Origin: a virus
Virus record (IMG/VR): IMGVR_UViG_3300045988_151478
Location: 1 to 12,247 of that record
Length of the DNA: 12,247 bases
Strand: one strand, 5' to 3'
Shown: in pieces, positions 1-6,483 of the stretch
Layout: each line of letters opens with the position of its first letter
Position numbering within the stretch: the stretch's first letter is position 1
Program-made: the position numbers and the translations under genes
The notes under the pieces: model-generated
The model's database searches: none
What the model was told of the DNA's origin: nothing
The model's input: the letters and a program-made list of their open reading frames with translations, nothing else

Positions 1-94
1 ACAATTCTGACAATTATACAAATTGTATGAAAATTAGAAACAATTCTGACAATTATACAAATTGTATGAAAATTAGAAACAATTCTGACAATTA
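1..94 (+). repeat. 39-bp tandem direct repeat, 2 full copies (1-39, 40-78) plus a 16-nt partial third (79-94)
   Basis: The unit acaattctgacaattatacaaattgtatgaaaattagaa occurs twice, then acaattctgacaatta restarts. Each unit begins with the genome's terminal sequence and contains the inverted repeat ATACAA-a-TTGTAT. The right end has only 1 full plus 1 partial copy. Confidence 0.95.
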
Positions 95-132
95 ATCAAT
101 CTGTCTGACTTTAATACTTTTTTGTTAAACTG

Positions 133-161
133 TTGACTTTTATATGCAAAACTGGTACTAT
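133..161 (+). promoter_or_regulatory. Sigma-A-type promoter inside the left ITR, reading inward
   Basis: -35 TTGACT (133-138), 17-bp spacer, extended -10 TGgTACTAT (153-161). It is followed by the first + strand gene, which has a strong RBS. Confidence 0.7.
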
Positions 162-206
162 GATCTTGCAAACAAATAACAGGTCAGCAAGTAAAGGAGA
201 GAAATT

Positions 207-395
207 ATGAAATCAGTCAAGGAAGTATCAAATGAGGAAATGAATGATATAGCATTATATATGAATGATGATCTCAGAGAGACTATCCATCGTGAGTTAG
301 CACCATGCACAAATGAAGAGTTTATCATTGCATATTGCAATATTGAACCAAGTTTTGAAGATACTCTTAATGGATTGTTTAATATTGAATTATAG
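207..395 (+). CDS. Small, strongly acidic early protein (62 aa), function unknown
   Basis: ATG preceded by AAAGGAGAG at 6-nt spacing. First gene after the left ITR promoter. 14 Asp/Glu versus 4 Lys/Arg. Confidence 0.7.
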   Translation: MKSVKEVSNEEMNDIALYMNDDLRETIHRELAPCTNEEFIIAYCNIEPSFEDTLNGLFNIEL

Positions 396-407
396 GGGAT
401 ATATAAC

Positions 408-530
408 ATGAGAATGAATTCATATTACAACAAAGCTACTATGAACTATAAACAACTTGCATGTGATCTTGAAAAGCAAGGGTTAAGATGCGATTATGAT
501 GATAGAAGTATAAAAAAGGAGAACATATAA
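408..530 (+). CDS. Small hypothetical protein (40 aa), not in the supplied ORF track
   Basis: ATG at 408 follows AGGGG (394-398). It translates to MRMNSYYNKATMNYKQLACDLEKQGLRCDYDDRSIKKENI. Its TAA stop overlaps the next ATG (TAATG at 528-532), and it fills an otherwise empty gap in a tightly packed operon. Confidence 0.5.
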   Translation: MRMNSYYNKATMNYKQLACDLEKQGLRCDYDDRSIKKENI

Positions 531-760
531 TGAATAGAAGTAAATCACAGTTTAATGCTATTTATGAATACTACGCAAAGAAGAGAGCGGATGCAGTCAC
601 AGAATTCATGGATTATAACGGTTTATGGGGAGAGTTTAAAGTGTCTGGCTATAAACGTCCGACAATGTTTTTAAAATGGGTAAAGGGTATCGTAGTATAC
701 CCGGATGGTACTTTTGAACAGTCTGATGATTGGATTGCACCAAGGTTCAGAAAGGAGTAG
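530..760 (+). CDS. Hypothetical early protein (76 aa)
   Basis: ATG preceded by AAAAGGAGAA. TAATG coupling to the upstream small ORF. No recognisable motif. Confidence 0.7.
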   Translation: MNRSKSQFNAIYEYYAKKRADAVTEFMDYNGLWGEFKVSGYKRPTMFLKWVKGIVVYPDGTFEQSDDWIAPRFRKE

Positions 761-762
761 AA

Positions 763-1410
763 ATGGCTTTAAAGGGTATAGAAAGAATCACAACCAAGGG
801 TCAGGTTATAAACCCATATAAAATCAATGAAAAAGAATTAGCCAGACTTTATACAAGTCTGGCTAAACGTCTAAATCAGCGTATGTTGCGTTTAGAGAGA
901 GCAGGATTCACTTCTGAATCCGGTGGTGCATACGCTGATTACAATGCAATTCTTAAAAAGTTTGACTATAATAAAAGAATAAGGGAAAAAATAAAGTTGG
1001 ATTACAGCGATCGGAACGTCCTTTATATGCAGATTTCTTCCATGCGTAAGCAGGTACAAATGATGCAGAATGTTCTAAAAGAAAAAAGTTCTACAGTGCC
1101 AGGGTGGAAATCAATCATAAAAAAGAGACGTGAGAAGCTGTCTGAATATGGACTTGAGTTTAAAGATACAAGTGAAATGAGTGCTTTTTTCCAGTCCTAT
1201 GCTTTTGAACTTATAAGTCTTTTATACTCTTCTGAACAGGCTGTAGAATTTGTTGGTAAAGCCTTGCGTGATGGCGACACAATGAGTGAAATAATTAGCA
1301 AATTAGAGGAGTTCAGAGATCGCACGGACATAGACAGAGCAGATGACGTAGCAAAAGAATTAGGTTTCTCAGGAGAAGCAGAAGCATTAAAATATACATA
1401 CAAGGGGTAA
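763..1410 (+). CDS. Candidate terminal protein (215 aa) for protein-primed replication
   Basis: It lies immediately upstream of the PolB gene, as phi29 gene 3 does. It is helical and charged, and its N-terminal KELARLYTSLAKRLNQRMLRLERAGF resembles phi29 TP AEYARLVKNTKAKIARTKKKYG. The start is taken as ATG 763 (RBS AAAGGAG at 751-757), not the TTG at 730 used by the ORF track, because the TTG start would overlap the upstream gene. Confidence 0.5.
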   Translation: MALKGIERITTKGQVINPYKINEKELARLYTSLAKRLNQRMLRLERAGFTSESGGAYADYNAILKKFDYNKRIREKIKLDYSDRNVLYMQISSMRKQVQMMQNVLKEKSSTVPGWKSIIKKRREKLSEYGLEFKDTSEMSAFFQSYAFELISLLYSSEQAVEFVGKALRDGDTMSEIISKLEEFRDRTDIDRADDVAKELGFSGEAEALKYTYKG

Positions 1411-1412
1411 AA

Positions 1413-3539
1413 ATGGTTATAGCAGGTTATCCAGTTGTTTTATATAAAGACTATGATTACATGCGTCTTTTTGACGGTGATTTCATCCGCAAAAGTAATG
1501 CAGGACACTTCCAGTCTTTTTATGAAAAAATCATAACGATTGATACTGAAACATACGTTTCAGATACAGAAGATATAGGATGGGTCACTGATTGGACCAT
1601 AACTATAGAAAATGATTGCTGTTTGTATGGTAATCATGTGCGTAATCTTATCAATACGATTGACCGGATCTGTGATACACTTCATGGTGACAAAGAGCAT
1701 ACAGTTCGTTTTTACATCCATAACCTGTCATATGATTACATGTTTTTAAGGAATCATCTGATAGAAAAGTTTGGAGTTCCAGACCGTAAGTTAGCAGTCA
1801 AAACACATAGATACGTATTTATGCAATGGCAGTCTTTTGGGCTTGAAATAAGAGATTCTGCCATACTCACTCAACGTACTCTTGAACGTCTCTGCAAGGA
1901 CATGGGGACACTTGAAAAAGCTACTGGTACATGGGACTATAAAAAGAAAAGAACTCCGGAATCTGGACGTACTGTAAAGGAAATTACATACGTATGCATT
2001 GATACGATTTGTCTTTGTAAAGCATTACGACTTTATTTATCACAAAGAAATGTGAACGTGGCTACTGCCCCACTGACCAACACTGGCTTTATTCGCAACC
2101 AAGCCAGATCAAGATCACGAAAAGACAAGAAATGGCATAAGCGTTTTATTTCTATGCAACTAAATTTAAAGCAGTATGAATTACTCACTGCTTGCTATCA
2201 TGGCGGTTATGTTCATGCTAACAGGTACTACGTCAATCGGTTAATTACTGAACCGGTGGAGTGCTACGATTTTATAAGTTCTTATCCTGCCAGAATCGTT
2301 TATGAAAAGTTCCCTATGACCAACTTTGTAGAAACAAAGTTATCATTGCAAGATATCATGGAACTAAAAGAAGATTATGCGTTTGCCGGCTATATACGAT
2401 TGAAAAAGCTACGCTTGAAAAAAGACCATCCTATGCCACCGCTTGCTTTTCACAAAGCAAAAGTTTGTGTGTTTCCAGATGCAGATCGTACAAGTAAAAA
2501 GAAAGCTATGGAATTGAATCTTGATAACGGCAAGATCGTAAACGCAGATCTTATTATTTATCCATTTACGGATCCGGATTTACAAGTCATATTTGAAGCA
2601 TATGATTTTGAATGGGCTGACGTTGCAAACGTCATACGTGCAAAGAAAGACTATCTTCCGGATTGGCTGACATCTTATGTGATTGAATTATTTGAACATA
2701 AGAACACATTGAAACATGCAGACCCGGTTCTTTATATGATTTCAAAAGGCGAACTAAACGGAATCTATGGCATGATGGTTCAAAAGATGATACAATCCAT
2801 GTTTGAAGAAGATTACGAAACTGGGCTATGGTCTGATGTTTTAAGTGAATCAGAATATGAAGAAAAGCTACAAAAGTATTACAAAAATCGTAACAGTTTT
2901 TTACCATATCAATGGGGGGTATGGGTGACAGCCTATGCACAGGCTGAGTTATTCGAACTTGGGAAGTGTTGCAAAAAATGGTATTACTCTGACACCGATT
3001 CCGTTAAGGGGGCAGACTGGGATAGAAAAAAACTTGCTGAGTATAATGATAAAGTAATGAAAAAATCAGCAGAGCGTGGACTTGGAACTGTAGTGTTTAA
3101 TGGGGAATCACATACACTTGGTATTGCCGAGTTTGACGGCATTTACAATGAATTTAAAACAATGGGAAGTAAGCGTTACTGTTACCGCGAAAAAGGAAAA
3201 CTAAAACAGACTGTTGCAGGAGTGCCAAAAGACGGTGTTTATTGTCTTGATGATGACATAAATAATTTCGAAAAAGGTTTTATCTATAGGAATAGTCTCA
3301 CTTATCGCAGAAACTACCGCCGTGCGAACGACTGGAAAAAAGGCCCAAGTTGGAAACTTAAAACGGAATATCTGTATAACAAAGGTATTAACAAAATAGT
3401 TGTTGATGGCTGTGAAATAGAGTACGGCTGTGCAATCCGATTATCCGATACAGAGTATGAGTTGGATCATACGATTCCGTATGATAAGGAAACAGGGTTG
3501 CCGTTGCCGTTTGAGACAAAAGACGTTTTATATATTTAA
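1413..3539 (+). CDS. Family-B protein-primed DNA polymerase (708 aa)
   Basis: Exo I ITIDTETY (D44/E46, nt 1542-1550). Exo II HNLSYDYMFL. Exo III YVCIDTICL. Motif A YDFISSYPA (Dx2SLYP). Motif B KGELNGIYG (Kx3NSxYG). Motif C YSDTDS (nt 2985-3002). KxY motif GSKRYCY. Confidence 0.95.
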   Translation: MVIAGYPVVLYKDYDYMRLFDGDFIRKSNAGHFQSFYEKIITIDTETYVSDTEDIGWVTDWTITIENDCCLYGNHVRNLINTIDRICDTLHGDKEHTVRFYIHNLSYDYMFLRNHLIEKFGVPDRKLAVKTHRYVFMQWQSFGLEIRDSAILTQRTLERLCKDMGTLEKATGTWDYKKKRTPESGRTVKEITYVCIDTICLCKALRLYLSQRNVNVATAPLTNTGFIRNQARSRSRKDKKWHKRFISMQLNLKQYELLTACYHGGYVHANRYYVNRLITEPVECYDFISSYPARIVYEKFPMTNFVETKLSLQDIMELKEDYAFAGYIRLKKLRLKKDHPMPPLAFHKAKVCVFPDADRTSKKKAMELNLDNGKIVNADLIIYPFTDPDLQVIFEAYDFEWADVANVIRAKKDYLPDWLTSYVIELFEHKNTLKHADPVLYMISKGELNGIYGMMVQKMIQSMFEEDYETGLWSDVLSESEYEEKLQKYYKNRNSFLPYQWGVWVTAYAQAELFELGKCCKKWYYSDTDSVKGADWDRKKLAEYNDKVMKKSAERGLGTVVFNGESHTLGIAEFDGIYNEFKTMGSKRYCYREKGKLKQTVAGVPKDGVYCLDDDINNFEKGFIYRNSLTYRRNYRRANDWKKGPSWKLKTEYLYNKGINKIVVDGCEIEYGCAIRLSDTEYELDHTIPYDKETGLPLPFETKDVLYI

Positions 3540-3568
3540 AAAGGGATGCAAATTTTGCACCCCTTTAA
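3538..3568. terminator. Bidirectional intrinsic terminator where the two transcription units converge
   Basis: The AAAAAGGGaTGCA / TGCAcCCCTTTAAA hairpin (3540-3550 pairs with 3556-3566, one mismatch, 5-nt loop) is flanked by an A-run on one side and T-rich sequence on the other. It therefore presents a stem plus U-tract on either strand. It sits between the PolB stop (3537-3539) and the last - strand stop (3586-3588). Confidence 0.65.
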
Positions 3569-3586
3569 ATGTTTCACGTGAAACAT
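3569..3586. repeat. 18-bp perfect palindrome ATGTTTCACGTGAAACAT, copy 1
   Basis: Self-complementary 18-mer with a CACGTG core. On the - strand it directly follows and shares one base with the TAA stop of the tail-fibre gene. An identical copy lies at 6466-6483. Confidence 0.9.
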
Positions 3587-4830
3587 TACATTGTAATACT
3601 TCCTCTGTGAATCTGTACCTGTGTTACGTTTGTCAAGGTTCTGTAGTTGTGTTTGTCATCGCTGATGTCATACAAGGCAAGATAAATCTGCCTTGCTCTG
3701 AAATTCAGTTGTGCCGGAATGTGATAAAAATCAGATCCGGATTTTACAATCACAGTTGTTGGATAGCAGGTATAGCCGTTTCCATCACCAACAAAGGAAG
3801 TTGAATAGATTCTTCCGAGATAGTATTCTGTACCATTACAAATAAGTTCGCCGCTGTTTGGAAAACAAACATAATCACTCCAGATAATATTACTGCTGTT
3901 TTCTTTGTAATTCGTAACGAACACCCAACTACTTCCTATAGTTGCTATAAAGTCTCCTGCTTCAAAGTTTGCAGTTACATCATAAAAGGATGGATGGCAA
4001 GAGCCGGTCTTTACTGCTTCCGCAAGGTAGGTAGAAAGTCTTTCCTGTCCGGTCGTGTTTGGATGAAAACCGTCCGACCCCATGAATCCGTCAGCGTGTA
4101 AAATATATTCGCTTCCATTAAGATAGTTCCAATTTTTCCGCTGTGTGTTATACACACTCTTTGCAATTTTGAACCTGTTCCACTGGGTGCTGTCTGCTGA
4201 CCATGCAACCATTGCAACAAAGATTTTAGCATTCGGAAATCGTGTCTGTGCCACCCCATAAAAGGCATTGATTGCATTTTCAATTTCTGAATAAGTACCG
4301 AACTCATTGTATCCGCCAACAACTAAGATCTGCTTTACAGATGGATCAGCGTCAATCTGATTTAGAAGCATAAGGAATGAGTTGTTGGAAGTTGAAAAAG
4401 AAGCACCGCCATTGCTTTTGATCGTTACATTATCAATAGAACAGTAATCCAAAAAGTGTTCTGTCCATGGAGTAATGTTTCCGTCCGGTGTATAACCTAC
4501 TGTGTAGCTGTCACCAATAATGATAGTTCTGCCACTTAAATCAAATAAACCGTATCTTTTTTCAAGGTTAGAAATAAGTTTGCCCTGTTCGGTTACTGTG
4601 CCTTTTAACGGTTCAATTTCATCCGTCAAGATTTTTTTAGTTGCATCATCAACTACTTTTCCAATCTCTCCGGAATCAAGTGAATCTTTAATTGCTTCAT
4701 CAATCTGTTTTTGTGCGGTTCCTTTTATGTCTGACCATTCTTTATGATCCTTTCCTGCCTGCTTTGCTACTTTTAATAAGTAGTCTAAATTCATGTCCTG
4801 CATGGAACTGTGAGGGTACGTACTAATCAT
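3586..4830 (-). CDS. Tail fibre/appendage protein with central SGNH (GDSL) hydrolase domain (414 aa)
   Basis: SGNH blocks: I IIIGDSYTVG (Ser108 codon at nt 4507-4509), III VVGGYNEF, V SDGFHPN (D253/H256). The N-terminal ~95 aa are charged and helical. The C-terminal ~135 aa are beta-rich. It is the last gene of the structural operon, with RBS AAAGGAGAA. Confidence 0.75.
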   Translation of the reverse strand: MISTYPHSSMQDMNLDYLLKVAKQAGKDHKEWSDIKGTAQKQIDEAIKDSLDSGEIGKVVDDATKKILTDEIEPLKGTVTEQGKLISNLEKRYGLFDLSGRTIIIGDSYTVGYTPDGNITPWTEHFLDYCSIDNVTIKSNGGASFSTSNNSFLMLLNQIDADPSVKQILVVGGYNEFGTYSEIENAINAFYGVAQTRFPNAKIFVAMVAWSADSTQWNRFKIAKSVYNTQRKNWNYLNGSEYILHADGFMGSDGFHPNTTGQERLSTYLAEAVKTGSCHPSFYDVTANFEAGDFIATIGSSWVFVTNYKENSSNIIWSDYVCFPNSGELICNGTEYYLGRIYSTSFVGDGNGYTCYPTTVIVKSGSDFYHIPAQLNFRARQIYLALYDISDDKHNYRTLTNVTQVQIHRGSITM

Positions 4831-4848
4831 TATGTGTTCTCCTTTCTA

Positions 4849-5535
4849 TCAATAAACCAGAATCAGTAAGTCACTGGCAAACAATCCGGTGCAATAATCT
4901 ATAAATGATTGCTTCCTTAGTTGTAATTCACTTTCTATCATCTGCTGAGACGTTGTTACACCTATGTTTCCGTGAATCTGCCCGGTATGGGTCGTAGAGC
5001 CTTTTTCCGTATTTTTTTCAGTTCGCCCATACTCAACACTGTTTACGTCCTGTCCGGAAGTCTCTAACTTTGTAGCACTACCATAGGACGTACTTTCTTC
5101 CTGTGATGGCTGATAGTTTGAGGAATCAAAAGCACTCACTTTTTGTTCCCTAGTGTCACTGCCACTGTTTGAAGTGACTGAACCACGTCCGGCTTTTAAC
5201 GTATTTGTGTCACTGCCACCTGTCACTGTATTTCGCTCAATGTCCGGCGAATCCGTCCAAGTCTCCTGTCGGTCATAGTTTTCAATTGGGTTATATTCTT
5301 TCTTTAAAGCAAGAAATACCCGATTAATGGAATCCTGCCATTTTTTTGACCATGCCGGAATAGCTGACTGTTTCATAAAATCACCGTCCGGATAGAGTGG
5401 TTCACAATCACCATAGGATAAAAGCAAGCTGTCAATAAAGTTCTGCTTGTCAGCTTCTGCCGGAAAAGTCATGTTATCGAATAAGGTCTGGTCATATTCA
5501 TAAAGTCCGGCTATCGTAATTCTATACATCCCCAT
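4849..5535 (-). CDS. Lower collar / head-tail adaptor protein (phi29 gp11-like, 228 aa)
   Basis: It lies directly downstream of the portal gene, as in phi29. The motifs NPIENYDR and HGNIGVTTSQQMIESEL are ones I associate with picovirus collar proteins. The start overlaps the portal 3' end, with RBS AGGTG 6 nt upstream. Confidence 0.55.
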   Translation of the reverse strand: MGMYRITIAGLYEYDQTLFDNMTFPAEADKQNFIDSLLLSYGDCEPLYPDGDFMKQSAIPAWSKKWQDSINRVFLALKKEYNPIENYDRQETWTDSPDIERNTVTGGSDTNTLKAGRGSVTSNSGSDTREQKVSAFDSSNYQPSQEESTSYGSATKLETSGQDVNSVEYGRTEKNTEKGSTTHTGQIHGNIGVTTSQQMIESELQLRKQSFIDYCTGLFASDLLILVY

Positions 5536-6448
5536 TTTTTACACCTGCCTTTTTGTAGTCTCTGATTTTTACGTCCAGATTCAGAGTGGGATAAAGTCTG
5601 TTTGCCATGTCAATTCCTGCCTGCATTGTTTCTAACCATGTAGTAAGTCGTGTCACTGATTCTATATCGTTTTTTTCAGTTTCCATAACATTCAATCGCT
5701 CTTTTTTATCAGATCCGACAGACGGAATTCCAACTTCTGTATCAAACTGGTCAAGAAGCTTTTCAAACACTTCAATTAATTCTTTTGATATAAAGTTGTT
5801 TTTCAAATCTTTGTTGAAAAATTCAAACGGTTCTGAACTTTTCCCCCTCATGTTTGCGTTCTCATTTTCTTTGACTGAAACATCATACGCAACCGCAGGG
5901 TTACCCTCCTGCACTTGGTCATAGACTTTTTCCAGTGTTTTCGCGGCACTTTTGTTTTTGGCAGCTATCATAAAAGCTAATTTGCTGTTGAATACGTTCA
6001 TGTCAAATGCGGAAGCTACCAGAGCCAACTTATAACTATAATAACCGATAATGTCAAAAATCCCGCATCTGGATGGACGTAAATAGATGACTGCACAATC
6101 CTCACCAATCTTTAACCCCTGCAAGCTTATATTGGCATTGGTAGCATACGTGTTAATGCTAGCAATTGTTGGTTTGCAGTACATGTTATAACCCTCAAGC
6201 GCAGGATATTGAGCAATAATCCCATATGCAGGAGTATCCGTGATCGCTATGAACCCACCACCAAGTAGGCAATACTTAAAATAGTCGACGTCAAATTTTG
6301 CATTGTATGTTATGTCAAAAATAGAACACACTCTTTCATATAGCATACGATCAAACGTGTCAGTATATAGACTGTCTGCCTTGATTCCCGATGGTTGGAA
6401 GTAATTTGAAATGATATTGATTTTATCGAATCCAATCGGACACCACAT
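5522..6448 (-). CDS. Portal (connector / upper collar) protein, phi29 gp10-like (308 aa)
   Basis: Size matches phi29 gp10 (309 aa). [20 protein letters not shown] resembles gp10 [49 protein letters not shown] resembles gp10 [30 protein letters not shown]. Confidence 0.85.
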   Translation of the reverse strand: [308 protein letters not shown]

Positions 6449-6465
6449 AATTTTACCTCTTTTCT

Positions 6466-6483
6466 ATGTTTCACGTGAAACAT
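6466..6483. repeat. 18-bp perfect palindrome ATGTTTCACGTGAAACAT, copy 2
   Basis: Identical to 3569-3586. On the - strand it again directly follows and shares one base with a TAA stop (tail knob gene, 6483-6485). It lies 17 nt upstream of the portal ATG, just before its RBS. Confidence 0.9.

Larger units (their letters stand above)
1..179. repeat. Left inverted terminal repeat (179 bp, includes one extra 39-bp unit)
   Basis: The reverse complement of 12108-12247 is identical base for base to 40-179. Positions 1-39 are an exact copy of 40-78. Identity ends at 180 versus 12107. Confidence 0.95.

Noticed and set aside
1-94. The 39-bp direct repeats at the left end as a possible CRISPR array
   Set aside because: The units are directly adjacent with no spacers, there are only about 2.4 copies, and they form part of the ITR.
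158-409. 83-aa ORF on the - strand at the left end
   Set aside because: It lies antisense to a + strand gene that has a strong RBS and runs into the ITR promoter region. It has no RBS and a low-complexity hydrophobic composition typical of a shadow ORF.
730-762. Track-suggested upstream extensions of several genes: TTG 730, ATG 7901, TTG 8500 and ATG 11827
   Set aside because: Each extension overlaps the preceding gene by 31-67 nt or uses TTG. An in-frame ATG with a proper RBS and an ATGA/TAATG-type junction lies just downstream (763, 7838, 8482, 11758).
3569-3586. The palindrome as a CcpA cre or CRP/FNR-type site
   Set aside because: The half-site spacing does not fit. The cre consensus TGWNANCGNTNWCA has 6 nt on each side of the central CG, whereas this palindrome has 7. 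No known operator could be assigned by eye.
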